In this document: piece by piece, positions 1 to 9,927 of the stretch | Layout: every line of letters starts with the position of its first letter | Numbering within the stretch: the stretch's first letter is position 1 | Assembly: GCA_945936135.1 (NCBI GenBank) | Contig: CAMESG010000001.1 | Coordinates: 194,748-258,747 of the forward strand | Length of the DNA stretch: 64,000 nt | From: an uncultured Mollicutes bacterium | Lineage (GTDB): Bacteria > Bacillota_I > Bacilli_A > RFN20 > CAG-826 | Reading direction: 5' to 3' | The notes under the pieces: generated by a model | Databases searched by the model: none | Told to the model about the DNA's origin: nothing | What the model saw: only the letters and a program-made list of their open reading frames with translations | Made by a program: the position numbers and the translations under genes

Positions 1-552
1 CGCATCCGGGGTGAACCCAAGAGCGCATGGTTCCTTTTTCAAGGTATCGAAATAGTATTTCAAACAGGAAGAGCCGCGTTCTTCATCGCCCCCGACGCAA
101 AGGCGGACGCGATATCCTTTGATCAAGCCGTTGTCTTTCAAAGCCTTGATCGCATAAAGGGATGCAAGAGCGGGCCCTTTGTCGTCGCTCGTTCCGCGGG
201 CGATCATCTTGGCTTCCTTGCCTTCGCCGACGATCTCGGCTTGGAAGGGATCCTTGGTCGACCATTTCCCGGTCGCGGGCACGACGTCGCCATGGGCGTA
301 CACCCCGATGATGGGTCCTTCTTCTCCGACGCTTAATTCGGTGACGTAACCGTCGCAGGTATCGACCTTGAAGCCATAATCCTTGCCGAGTTTGGCAATA
401 TAATCCAAGGCGCTTTTGACGCCTTTTCCATACGGAGCGCCCTCTTCGACGCTTCCTTTGTCGTAAACGGATTTCTTGCTGACGAAAACCTTCAACGCGT
501 TGATCGCCTTATCGTGATAGGGTTTCGCGAGTTTCTTATAATTGGCCATGGT
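1..552 (-). CDS. M20-family dipeptidase (PepV/Sapep-like), N-terminal part. Gene continues past the window start.
   Basis: Minus-strand translation from the ATG at 550-552 gives MANYKKLAKPYHDKAINALKVFVSKK...YAHGDVVPATGKW...ARGTSDDKGP. These are the metal-ligand motifs of M20 dipeptidases. The gene is absent from the ORF track because it runs off the window edge. Confidence 0.7.
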
Positions 553-636
553 TCACTACTTTTTCCTTTCAAGCACCCCAAAAGGCGCTTGCCGCGTTAG
601 TATAAGCCTTTTTCCCTAACGGGGAAACATGGAAGG

Positions 637-1362
637 TTAGGCAATTTTGCTCGCAAGCAAGCGAAGGCCGAAAAGCCCTAAAGACGGGACAACTTTATAG
701 CCTGGGAAATAAGAAGAAAACGGGTTTGCAAGGCCTCCGCATAGGTAACGAGGGAGGGTTCGGTTTGGATCCAAGGAATCCGTCAAAGCCAAAAGGCCAT
801 AGATCGAGCCAAGGAGGATGCCGCTAGATAAGGCGCTCGGGGTATCTTTGCCAATCGGAGCTTTGGGCAAGGGCAAGTCCATCACCCCCTTCATCAATTC
901 CGTTTCTTCGATCGTCGCTTTCAAACTCGCCTCGAACCCAGGAGATATCGCTACCCCTTCAAAGGCCCCGTCTTTTTTCAAAATCGCCTTGTTACAAGTG
1001 CCTAAATCAACGATGATCGCGTCTTTCTCTTCAACGCCCAAGACATCCAAAAGGAGGTCGATGCCTACTTCGACGCCATCGCGAACATGAACGGGAACAT
1101 AAGGGGAAATGGATTCGTCAGAAATCTCGGCCACATCGAAGTTTTTCTTTCTTAAGATCGAAAGGATCTTTTCACCTTTTTTGGGGGCGACGCTTGAAAC
1201 GACAACTTTGAAAATTTGAAACGAGGCCAAGCCTTCAACAAACTTTTCTTCCTTGCCTTTAAGAGTCTCGTGTTCCAAAGAGGAAGCATATACGGCTTGG
1301 CCGCCGTTAAGAACTTCCACGTGCACGGCCGTGTTGCCGATTTCCAAAAGAACGATATTCAT
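637..1362 (-). CDS. coaX: type III pantothenate kinase
   Basis: Internal ATG at 1360-1362 gives MNIVLLEIGNTAVH... This matches the Bvg-accessory/CoaX N-terminal motif, and the ~240 aa length fits. Confidence 0.8.
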   Translation of the reverse strand: MNIVLLEIGNTAVHVEVLNGGQAVYASSLEHETLKGKEEKFVEGLASFQIFKVVVSSVAPKKGEKILSILRKKNFDVAEISDESISPYVPVHVRDGVEVGIDLLLDVLGVEEKDAIIVDLGTCNKAILKKDGAFEGVAISPGFEASLKATIEETELMKGVMDLPLPKAPIGKDTPSALSSGILLGSIYGLLALTDSLDPNRTLPRYLCGGLANPFSSYFPGYKVVPSLGLFGLRLLASKIA

Positions 1363-1406
1363 AGGCAAAGTGTCCCTTAATCCAGGAGAAAAAGCAAGGC
1401 AAGAGG

Positions 1407-1712
1407 TTAGTTGAGTCTCAATGACGTCCAAGGTTTAGGGGCAATTTTCAATTGGTTACTATAAGGCCACCCCTTCAAAAGGCAAAGAATGACCGCGATC
1501 ACACCACCATGGGTGACAAGAAGGATCTTCTGCCCTCTTTTTCCTTCAAGCAATCGAAGGAAGGCTTCTTTCACCTGCAGGAAAAAGGCGTTGGGAGATT
1601 CGCCGCCTGGATAGGCTTCGTCCATCTTCAAAGCGAAAAAATAGAGCCCGGGATATTGGGTTTTGAACGCTTCGACCGTGAGGTTCTTTAAATCGCCGTT
1701 AAAGGCGCGCAA
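1407..1712 (-). pseudogene. histidine phosphatase (phosphoglycerate-mutase superfamily), C-terminal half only
   Basis: The 101-aa ORF carries ...PGGESPNAFFLQV...ILLVTHGGVIAVILCLL... These are the C-terminal motifs of histidine phosphatases. The N-terminal RHG catalytic motif is missing. A 35-aa ORF (MTKADVLKIANENNGYIYSDLIKKYHIPTMLIARL) lies upstream in another frame. Confidence 0.45.
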
Positions 1713-2143
1713 TCAGCATCGTGGGGATATGGTACTTCTTGATCAGGTCCGAATAGATGTACCCGTTGTTCTCGTTTGCTATTTTCAGAACGTCCGCTTT
1801 CGTCATGTTTGTTGCTTTTGCGCTTACTTTTATCGTTACGTAAGGTTATTTGCAACAGCCCAACAAAGAAAAATGGTTCGATGCCGTCATCGAACCAATA
1901 TCAGTTTTGCTGGTGCCCTCACCCTTAGTCGAAAAGAGGTCTGATCCTTACCATGGATCCGTTCTGCCGCTGAACTATGAGGGCGGCATGCGATCAATAT
2001 CCCTTAATCGCAAGAGGGATTATATAAGGAAGCAAGGTGCGCTGCAAGCCCTTTTTTCCTCTTTGTTACAAAAGGAAAGCCAACACAAGAAAAGCGTGCA
2101 AAACTCGCACGCTTTGAGGATTTCTTCTGTGATTTGCTTGCTT

Positions 2144-3436
2144 TTAGGCCTCGACAACTTCCCCGAGAAGGTCGTAAATAAGAGCATCAACGATCTTCAC
2201 GTGGACGATTTCCCCTTCTTTGAGGCAACGGGGAGAAGAAACAAGGATCCCTCCATCGATGTCGTCTGGCGCATTCCAAACGCAACGGAAGAGGTACTTT
2301 TGACTCTTCGGATCATAACCGACGATCAAGCCTTCATAGACTTTGCCCACTTGGGTAAGGGCTTTTTCTCTTGCGATCTTCCGCTGGCACTTCATGAGTT
2401 CATCGCGCCGGCGTTCCGCCACGCGCTTCGTGACTTGATGGGGATAATCATAAGATGCCGTTCCCTCTTCGCGAGAATAGACGAAGCATCCCATGTGGTC
2501 GAATTTGACCTTCTCTAGCATTTCTAGCGCTTCCTTTTGATCCTTCTCGGTTTCGCCAGGGAACCCGGCGATCAAGGTCGTTCGGAGGATCGCATCCGGA
2601 CACTTCTCTTTGATTCGATCGAACAAAGCCAAGGTCTCTTTCGCATCCGCGTGACGGTGCATGGCTTTCAATAGATGATCGCTCGCGCACTGGACGGGGA
2701 TATCAAAATAATGGGCGATGACCTTCGAAGAGGCGATCAAGTCGATAAGTTCATTCTTGATCTCGCTTGGATAGAGATAAAGGAGACGAATCGAGAAGAA
2801 ACCCATGCCTTCCAAGGCGCGCAGGAGATCGCAGATATCGGGCTTCTGTCCTTTGAAATCAAGCCCATAGATCGTCGTGTCTTGGCTAATCAAGGAAACT
2901 TCCTTGACGCCACGTTCTTTCAAGATCTTGGCTTCTTCCAAAATCTCATCAAACGGACGGGAACGGAACCTTCCACGAATCAAGGGAATCGCGCAGAAGG
3001 AGCAAAAGTTGTTACACCCTTCGGAGATCCTAAGATATGCCGAATAGGGTTTCGTCGAAATCACCCGGCGGAGCGGAGAAATCGGGAGCACTTCTTCTTG
3101 CAGCAAATCCTTCAAGACCAAATGCAAGGAAGAATAATCGCGGATCGGGACGATCGCGGAAGCTTCTGGGATCTCCTTCTTCAAATCTTCCAAATACCGT
3201 TCGGCAAGGCAGCCGACGATCACGACCTTGGCGTTATAGGAAAGCATTTCGAGGATCGTGTCGATCGATTCTTTCTTCGCGGAAGAGATGAACCCACAGG
3301 TATTGACGATGATGAGATCGGCATCCTTCGGGGCATTCACGATCTCCGCCGTTTCGGGCGGGAACATCGCGAGGATCATCTCGCTATCGACGAGATTCTT
3401 CGCGCAACCAAGGCTTACAAGGCCAATGCGCTTCAT
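2144..3436 (-). CDS. rimO: ribosomal protein S12 methylthiotransferase
   Basis: MKRIGLVSLGCAKNLVDSE... has the MTTase N-domain, a radical-SAM CxxxCxxC (CNNFCSFCAIP) and a C-terminal TRAM domain. Length is 430 aa. Confidence 0.88.
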   Translation of the reverse strand: MKRIGLVSLGCAKNLVDSEMILAMFPPETAEIVNAPKDADLIIVNTCGFISSAKKESIDTILEMLSYNAKVVIVGCLAERYLEDLKKEIPEASAIVPIRDYSSLHLVLKDLLQEEVLPISPLRRVISTKPYSAYLRISEGCNNFCSFCAIPLIRGRFRSRPFDEILEEAKILKERGVKEVSLISQDTTIYGLDFKGQKPDICDLLRALEGMGFFSIRLLYLYPSEIKNELIDLIASSKVIAHYFDIPVQCASDHLLKAMHRHADAKETLALFDRIKEKCPDAILRTTLIAGFPGETEKDQKEALEMLEKVKFDHMGCFVYSREEGTASYDYPHQVTKRVAERRRDELMKCQRKIAREKALTQVGKVYEGLIVGYDPKSQKYLFRCVWNAPDDIDGGILVSSPRCLKEGEIVHVKIVDALIYDLLGEVVEA

Positions 3437-4917
3437 GCCTTTCGACCCGCCTTTTCGAGTTTAGGCGCGATTTCTTCAAAAGCGGTCTCAAGGGCGGAGA
3501 AGTCCTTGAGCTTGAACGTCCAATTCCGATCGTTCACGGTCGAGGGAACGTTCGTGCGCGCCTCTTCGCCTAGGCCAAGAAGGTCTTGCGCCGAAAGGAT
3601 CGCCCACTTGGCGGCCTTGTCCAAACAATAGGAAATCATGTCTTTGACGATGTCGCCGCTCTCATAGCCCATCTCGCCAAGACGCCATTTCCAGGCGTTC
3701 TTGTCGTTATCGCTCAAATGATCGAAGTAGGATTTCATCGTGTCGTTATCGTGGGTGCCGAGGTAGCAAACGCTATTGACTTCGTTGAAGCCGGGTTTGT
3801 GATAAACCTCCGCATCTTGGAAGGTAAACTCGATGACGTTCATGCCAGGGAAGGCATAATGATCGCGCAAAACGAGCACTTCTGGACGCAAATCCCCAAG
3901 ATCTTCGGCGATAATTCGCTTTTGCAGCGCGGGATCATCACGGAACAGCGAATCGAAAAATTCGTAGCCCGGCGCTTCAATCCAAGCACCATCGATCGCC
4001 GTCTCGCAGGAAGAAGGAATCTTCCAATAGGTGTCGAAGGCACGGAAATGGTCGAGGCGGATAATGTCATAGACTTTGCTATTCAAGAGGATGCGCTTTT
4101 TGAGCATCGCGAAATCGGTCGCTTTGAGGCGATCCCAATCGTAGATCGGGTTGCCCCAGCGCTGACCGGTCGCCGAGAAATAATCCGGGGGTACGCCCGC
4201 GATGAAGCTTGGGTTGTAGGTCTCTTCGTCGATGAGGAAGCCGTTAAGTTCGCTCCAGACGTCGCAAGAATCGAAGCCGACGTAGAAGGGAATGTCGCCG
4301 ATGATCGAGATCCCTTTGCCATTCGCGTATTTATGAAGCTTCTTCCATTGCTCGTAGGCTTTCTTCTGCAGCCAGATCTCGAAAGAAACGTCCTTCTTGG
4401 TTTCTTTGTCCAAGGGTTTTCTTTCCTTTAGATAGTCTCTCGCTTCTTTTGGCCAATCCGACCAGCTCATCGGGTAGCGGCGGTGGAACATGGAAAACAA
4501 AGCCCAATCCCTGACCCAAGGATTCTTGGAGGCATAGCCTGCAAGCGCATAGGGATGGAGGGCGCTATCCTTCTCAAAGGCCTTGCGAAGCAAGGGGAGT
4601 TTGAAGGCTCTCACGTCTTCATAAGCGACCTTTTCATCCCCTTGATGGAAGGGAGGAACAAAGGGCAGAAGCCCTTCCTTATGAAGCAGATCGAGCGAAA
4701 TGAATTGCTCGTCTAAAGCAAAGGAGCTATAGGGTTGATATGGCGAATGGCCATAGCCGATCGGGTTCAAAGGAAGGATCTGCCAAAGGGAGAAACCCGC
4801 CTTCGCCAAGAGATCGACGAATTGATAGGCTTCTTTGCCAAAATCCCCGATGCCATGGGGGCCAGGGAGGGACGTGACGCTGAGAAGCACGCCCGCAGCA
4901 CGATTGTTTTGATTCAT
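3433..4917 (-). CDS. malQ: 4-alpha-glucanotransferase (amylomaltase)
   Basis: 494 aa with SLPGPHGIGDFG...GDIPFYV...RWGNPIYDW...RLDHFRAF... These are GH77 signature motifs. There is a 4-nt overlap with rimO. Confidence 0.9.
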   Translation of the reverse strand: MNQNNRAAGVLLSVTSLPGPHGIGDFGKEAYQFVDLLAKAGFSLWQILPLNPIGYGHSPYQPYSSFALDEQFISLDLLHKEGLLPFVPPFHQGDEKVAYEDVRAFKLPLLRKAFEKDSALHPYALAGYASKNPWVRDWALFSMFHRRYPMSWSDWPKEARDYLKERKPLDKETKKDVSFEIWLQKKAYEQWKKLHKYANGKGISIIGDIPFYVGFDSCDVWSELNGFLIDEETYNPSFIAGVPPDYFSATGQRWGNPIYDWDRLKATDFAMLKKRILLNSKVYDIIRLDHFRAFDTYWKIPSSCETAIDGAWIEAPGYEFFDSLFRDDPALQKRIIAEDLGDLRPEVLVLRDHYAFPGMNVIEFTFQDAEVYHKPGFNEVNSVCYLGTHDNDTMKSYFDHLSDNDKNAWKWRLGEMGYESGDIVKDMISYCLDKAAKWAILSAQDLLGLGEEARTNVPSTVNDRNWTFKLKDFSALETAFEEIAPKLEKAGRKA

Positions 4918-4975
4918 AGAAACACCTCAATAATCGAATGTATTTTAACGCGCGACGTGCGCGGAAAAACTGATT

Positions 4976-5878
4976 TCATGGTAAGGCCACCGCCTTTTTC
5001 TTCATGGCCTTCTTTTGTTTCATTGCCTCGCGATCCAGAAGGAAGTGACGCCTTTCGTAAGGGAGGCTCATCAAAGGCCCAAGGATCAACGTCGCGAGAG
5101 CCACAGGAAGCAAAAGATAAAGGGAAGGCGTGAAATAGATGACCCCATCGATCCTGATCGTCATCAAAATCGGAGGGAGGTAGGGATAGGCCCATCCGAT
5201 GATGGAGTCCAAGGAAGTCGGAGGACCGAAGGAGGCACTTTGATTGACGAAGCCATCGCGATCAAAGAAGGCTTCCAAGGTATGGGGCCAATCGGGATAA
5301 CGGATCACGAACGACATGAAGAAAGCGTTGAGCACGACGAGGAAATTGATGGCGACAAAGGTGATGGGCACCGCCCACAAACGATGGTAATTGAGCTTAT
5401 GAAGCCCGCGATCGACCATCAAGAAGCCGCAGATCACCAAAGGCGCATGGCAGGAATAGAAGCGAATCGCCTCCAAGAGGTTGTCCATATCCCCTAAATC
5501 CTTGCCTAAGGCACCGGTCGGGAGAAAATAGACCAAGACGCCGGAAACGATCCCTAGATAAAAGACGTAGTCCTTCAAATAGTCATTGCCCCACAGGAAG
5601 ATGAAGGGGCTGATGCAAATCAAGACGGCGCAAAGATTCTCTAGGCTGCTTCGCCCAAAGGAAAAAGGAAAGTTCATCAAATAACAGGGGTTCAATTGCT
5701 TGGCAAAGTGCAAGATGAAATTGCCCCACATTAACGCGAGGATGAATTTTCTCGTCCACGCTTGCCCGCGGTTCTTGGCAATAAGCCGAAAGAAAACCAC
5801 GAGGAAAAGCAAAAGGAAGATAAAGAAGAAATAGAGAAAGTTCCCCTTCTCTACACTGACAAAGCGGATCAAAGGCAT
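4976..5878 (-). CDS. polytopic integral membrane protein (YwaF/TIGR02206-like, uncertain)
   Basis: 300 aa with about 7 hydrophobic segments. Sits between galK and malQ in the same orientation. Confidence 0.5.
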   Translation of the reverse strand: MPLIRFVSVEKGNFLYFFFIFLLLFLVVFFRLIAKNRGQAWTRKFILALMWGNFILHFAKQLNPCYLMNFPFSFGRSSLENLCAVLICISPFIFLWGNDYLKDYVFYLGIVSGVLVYFLPTGALGKDLGDMDNLLEAIRFYSCHAPLVICGFLMVDRGLHKLNYHRLWAVPITFVAINFLVVLNAFFMSFVIRYPDWPHTLEAFFDRDGFVNQSASFGPPTSLDSIIGWAYPYLPPILMTIRIDGVIYFTPSLYLLLPVALATLILGPLMSLPYERRHFLLDREAMKQKKAMKKKAVALP

Positions 5879-5884
5879 CGACGT

Positions 5885-7057
5885 TTATTCCCCGACGACG
5901 TGGGGTCCTCCTTCGTAAAGGGAAACGTTGCAAACGTTTTCTTTCCCGTAAAGATCGCCCATGACCTTGCGGAAGTGTTCCGTCTCATCGTGGGTGGTGA
6001 AGCAAAGGATGGAGCCCGCAAAGCCACCGCCCATGATGCGGCAGGCGCCCTTGCCGATGAATTGGTTCGCGCGGTCGATCGCTTCTTGCGGCGAATTGGC
6101 ATAGCGTCCTGGGATCATCGTGTTCGCTAGAAGGGTTTGGCTAGAGATTTGGCTTTGACGAATCGCTGTCAAGAAAGAACCGACGTCATGATGTTCAAAC
6201 GCCTCTTTCGCTTGCAAAACCCGTTCGTTTTCATCGAAATAGTGCTGAGCGCGGAGTTTGGCGCGTTCGCTGACGCCATAGGTCGGCTGCGAAGAAGCCT
6301 TCATGAATTCTTCGCGGGTCACTTCGCGCAAGACGTCTTTATCGAACAAGACTTTCGCGACGCTCTTCATGTCGTGGGGGATCGAACCGTAAAGCCCATT
6401 GAGGCCGCTATGGCTCGAAGGCGTATTCACGAGGGTGATGTCCAAGGGAAGGTCAAAGGCGATCGGCTCAACGAGCACGTGATCCGGGGTTTGGAAATCC
6501 AAGAAGCAGACGCCGCCGAAGCTCGTGCCGATTTGGTCGAGCAAGCCCGAGTTCTTGCCGAAGTAGACGTTCTCGGCAAACTGTCCGATTCTCGCCATCG
6601 CGATGGGCGTGCACTTCTTGTCGTTATAAAGCACGTCGACGATGTGGCAGATCAAGGATTCATAGCAGGCACTCGAAGAAATCCCAGAGCCCGCAGGGAT
6701 GTCGTTTACGCAGGCCGCGTTGAAGCCGCCGACCTTGAGGCCAAGCTTCTTCATGCCCGCAAGGATCCCGCGGGTGATGCCTCTGGTCGATCCCTTATCG
6801 CGGAAGCCCGCTTCGAGGTTATCGATGGAGAATGTGAAGGGTTTGAAGCCCTGGGAGGCGACGCAGACAACACCATCGTCGCGCGGAGAGACGATCGCCG
6901 TGATCCCTAAATCCGCGCCGGCGACCAAACATAGGCCGCGGTTGTGGTCGGTGTGGTTCCCGATGATCTCCAAACGGCCATGGGAATAGAACGTCCTCGT
7001 TTCCGTTTCGGGGAAGTTCTTGAGGTAATAGGCTTTGGCTTCGGCTTCTTTAATCAT
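5885..7057 (-). CDS. galK: galactokinase
   Basis: RLEIIGNHTDHNRGLCL (galactokinase signature) and the GHMP motif PAGSGISSSA. Length is 390 aa. Confidence 0.9.
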   Translation of the reverse strand: MIKEAEAKAYYLKNFPETETRTFYSHGRLEIIGNHTDHNRGLCLVAGADLGITAIVSPRDDGVVCVASQGFKPFTFSIDNLEAGFRDKGSTRGITRGILAGMKKLGLKVGGFNAACVNDIPAGSGISSSACYESLICHIVDVLYNDKKCTPIAMARIGQFAENVYFGKNSGLLDQIGTSFGGVCFLDFQTPDHVLVEPIAFDLPLDITLVNTPSSHSGLNGLYGSIPHDMKSVAKVLFDKDVLREVTREEFMKASSQPTYGVSERAKLRAQHYFDENERVLQAKEAFEHHDVGSFLTAIRQSQISSQTLLANTMIPGRYANSPQEAIDRANQFIGKGACRIMGGGFAGSILCFTTHDETEHFRKVMGDLYGKENVCNVSLYEGGPHVVGE

Positions 7058-8057
7058 GGTTGGTTTCTCCTTCTTCTATTTTTGAAAAACGAAAGGTGGT
7101 TATGGTTTCAAAGGGCTTGCTCTCATCGAAGAGGAAGTCCTTTTTGTAGGCCGCGGGGTCGAGGATCGGCTCGCTGGTGACGGCGATGTTCTTCGCGGGA
7201 GCCAGCCCATTGGAATAGACCATCTTGGGGTTTGGATAATTCAAAGAATAGACCTGGTATCCTTCTCCAGAGGTCGCGATTTCCAAGCGGTAACCCGCGT
7301 TTTCTAGGATCATTCCGACCTCGTTTGGCTTGCAATAGAAGGCGTGATCGATCCCGTTCAAGGCCGTCCCTAGGAAGGCATCTGCCCCCTCGTGGAGGGG
7401 CTTGCCCTTCCGATAGTCCAAAGATCCTTTGGCTTTGATCCTTTTCTTCGGGAGCAACCGATCGTTATAAGAAACGGTTTCCTCCGCGAGGATCGTAGCT
7501 TTCGCATCCTTCATGCTTTGTTCGCCCAAGGCCCAATAGACGTGGTTCGTTAAGTGCAAAGGTGCCGGGCAAGAAGGCGTGGCCTTCAAGGACAATTCGA
7601 AGCGCGCTTCATCTTCGAAGAGGCGATAACGGACTTCGACGTCGACCTCCGCCGGATACCCGGGGCTTGATGCGACGTGACGGGTGAAGACCACGTCCAT
7701 CTGACCCGCCTGCGCTTCCAAGAGATAATCGAAATTGAGGAAGGCGTAATTGAGGGTCTCGCTATGGAGGCAAACCTCGCTTAGCTCATTCTCGGGCAAT
7801 TGGAACAAGGGCAAGGGAGGGAAATGCCCGCGGGCAAGTCGCCCGGCGACCGGCCCAATCGTCTTCCCGTAGAATCCAGATTTATCGCGCTGATAGACCG
7901 AATCGCAATCCGGGGAGAGGGTCATTTTCTTTCCTAGATAGACCACTTCCCTTATCCCGGCGCCTAGGCTAGAGAGGACGAGCTTGAATCCCTTGTTGTT
8001 CTCCAAAGAGAGAAAGGTGGATCCGCTGTTCATCCAACGCAGCAGTTTCATATGCAA
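7050..8057 (-). CDS. galM: aldose 1-epimerase (galactose mutarotase)
   Basis: 335 aa with an aldose-epimerase fold pattern (…NHVYWALG…). Overlaps galK by 8 nt. Confidence 0.75.
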   Translation of the reverse strand: MHMKLLRWMNSGSTFLSLENNKGFKLVLSSLGAGIREVVYLGKKMTLSPDCDSVYQRDKSGFYGKTIGPVAGRLARGHFPPLPLFQLPENELSEVCLHSETLNYAFLNFDYLLEAQAGQMDVVFTRHVASSPGYPAEVDVEVRYRLFEDEARFELSLKATPSCPAPLHLTNHVYWALGEQSMKDAKATILAEETVSYNDRLLPKKRIKAKGSLDYRKGKPLHEGADAFLGTALNGIDHAFYCKPNEVGMILENAGYRLEIATSGEGYQVYSLNYPNPKMVYSNGLAPAKNIAVTSEPILDPAAYKKDFLFDESKPFETITTFRFSKIEEGETNHD

Positions 8058-9244
8058 ACCTCCTGGAGGATGTCTTTCAATTCGTTGCGAGTAAGGATCT
8101 TCGGCACGGGATAGAAGGGGTTCCCTTCTTTCGCCGCGTGCTTTGCAAGCGCATCCAAATCTGGGTCTTTGACCAAATCTTTGAAACCCTTCGGAAGGTT
8201 CATCTTGCGTTCAAGATCTTCCAAATAGGCAAGCACATTCGCCGCAGATTCGGCGTTGTTTTGGCCTTGCACGTCGAAGATCGGCGCAATTCTTGCCAAT
8301 TTCTTTTCGATGGATTTGCCGTATTTCTTCAAGGTCGGAACGAGCAACACGGCGTTGGCAAGGCCGTGGGGAACCCCATGGGCACCGCCTAAAGCATGGG
8401 CCAAGGCATGGACGTAGCCAACGAAGGCGCGCGTGAAGGCCACCCCCGCTTCATAGGCCGCTTTTTGCATCCCGAAAGCATGTTCTTTGGAGGTTGGATC
8501 CTCGTAGAAGGCATAGAGGTGCTCATGGAGCCCCATTAAGGCAGACAAGGCATATTTATCGCTGAACTTGGTTCCGCCCCTTCCTAAATAAGCTTCTAAG
8601 GCGTGGGTAAACGCATCCATGCCCGTCGAGGCAATGAGGCCCTTCGGAAGTCCTTGGACAAACCGAGGGTCAAGCAGGGCCGCGTTTGGAACGAGCCTTG
8701 GGGAATCAATTTGAAATTTGTCTTTCGTCGATTCGTTCAAGACCACCGCGGCAAGGGTCGCTTCGCTTCCCGTCCCGACGGTCGTCGGAATCGCCAAGAG
8801 ATAGGGAAGCTTGCGATGCACGTGGAGCACGCCTTTGAAGGCTTGAAGGCTCTTCTTTGGATAGCTTGCAAGAATCGCAATGCCCTTCGCGCAGTCCATG
8901 GGCGAGCCTCCGCCATAGGCGATCAAGGCATCGCAATGGGCTTCGCGATATCGCTTTACCCCTTCTTCAATGCAGGCGAAGGTCGGATTCGGAACGGCAC
9001 CATCATAGACTTCGTAGGTGATCTCCGCTTCATCCAAGGCCTGTTTTAGAATCAAAAAGGCGGGAAAGGAGGCAAGCCCTTTATCGGTGACGATAAGGGG
9101 ATGTTTGAGTTTTTTGCCCTTCAATTCGGCGCCGAGTTCTTCAACGCGATCAAGCAAAAAGGGAAGGGGAATGCGCAAAAACGCCATCGCCCCTTTTAAC
9201 GCAACTTGGTAGGTTCGGTAAAAGAAAACGCGCAAGGCGTTCAT
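8048..9244 (-). CDS. iron-containing alcohol dehydrogenase family oxidoreductase
   Basis: 398 aa with a GGGSPMDCAKGIA NAD-binding motif and an Fe-ligand His cluster (HALAHALGGAHGVPHGLANA). Confidence 0.85.
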   Translation of the reverse strand: MNALRVFFYRTYQVALKGAMAFLRIPLPFLLDRVEELGAELKGKKLKHPLIVTDKGLASFPAFLILKQALDEAEITYEVYDGAVPNPTFACIEEGVKRYREAHCDALIAYGGGSPMDCAKGIAILASYPKKSLQAFKGVLHVHRKLPYLLAIPTTVGTGSEATLAAVVLNESTKDKFQIDSPRLVPNAALLDPRFVQGLPKGLIASTGMDAFTHALEAYLGRGGTKFSDKYALSALMGLHEHLYAFYEDPTSKEHAFGMQKAAYEAGVAFTRAFVGYVHALAHALGGAHGVPHGLANAVLLVPTLKKYGKSIEKKLARIAPIFDVQGQNNAESAANVLAYLEDLERKMNLPKGFKDLVKDPDLDALAKHAAKEGNPFYPVPKILTRNELKDILQEVCI

Positions 9245-9909
9245 GAAAGCGACCTCTGTGCGTGCTTGAGACGAACCCGTTCTAGATACTCGTTGATATC
9301 AAGCTCGTAGGTCTTAAGGAAATAGGCATGGGCGCGACGGAGTTCCGATAAAGGGGTGCCATCGAGATACATGTGATCGAAGAGCTGACGTTCCGCTTTC
9401 GGGAAGGTCCCCTTCTTTTCGAAGAACTTCAAGGATTGACAAAGGAAGAACGCCGCCTTTTGATCGATTTCATCCCGCTCGACGGAAGCAAGGCCCAAGT
9501 AATGATGGGAAAGGGCAAAGAAGCGCTCCAAGACTTTGCGGGTCGAAGGCATCAAATGCACGTTATCGAGATCTTTCTCGAAAACAAGGCGGAGATAGAC
9601 GTTCGATTTCGCATGAATCGGCGAAGCAACGTCCATCAAATAAACATGGGCCAATTCTTTCTCGCTCAGCGGAAAGAGGCCTGAGTCATGGATCAGCTTC
9701 GCTTCGCACTTAAAGGCCTTGCCAACACGTTTCGCCAAGGTCGGGAAGCCTTCTTTCTTGCAATGGAAAAGGCGATAACCGCCAACGGGAATGCGATCCG
9801 CATTCACTTTGTTATAGCAAAGGATACCGCCATCACGGTAGACAATGCCCATGGAACCAATATTTCTTTTCATAAGGAAAACCCTCTGCACGTATTTTAT
9901 GTTTTCCAA
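9241..9909 (-). CDS. AraC-family transcriptional regulator
   Basis: C-terminal HTH region ...LSELRRAHAYFLKTYELDINEYLERVRLKHAQRSL. Overlaps the start of the ADH gene by 4 nt. The true start may be the internal MKRNIGSM. Confidence 0.7.
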   Translation of the reverse strand: MENIKYVQRVFLMKRNIGSMGIVYRDGGILCYNKVNADRIPVGGYRLFHCKKEGFPTLAKRVGKAFKCEAKLIHDSGLFPLSEKELAHVYLMDVASPIHAKSNVYLRLVFEKDLDNVHLMPSTRKVLERFFALSHHYLGLASVERDEIDQKAAFFLCQSLKFFEKKGTFPKAERQLFDHMYLDGTPLSELRRAHAYFLKTYELDINEYLERVRLKHAQRSLS

Positions 9910-9927
9910 AGGAAAAAGTATAGGGGT

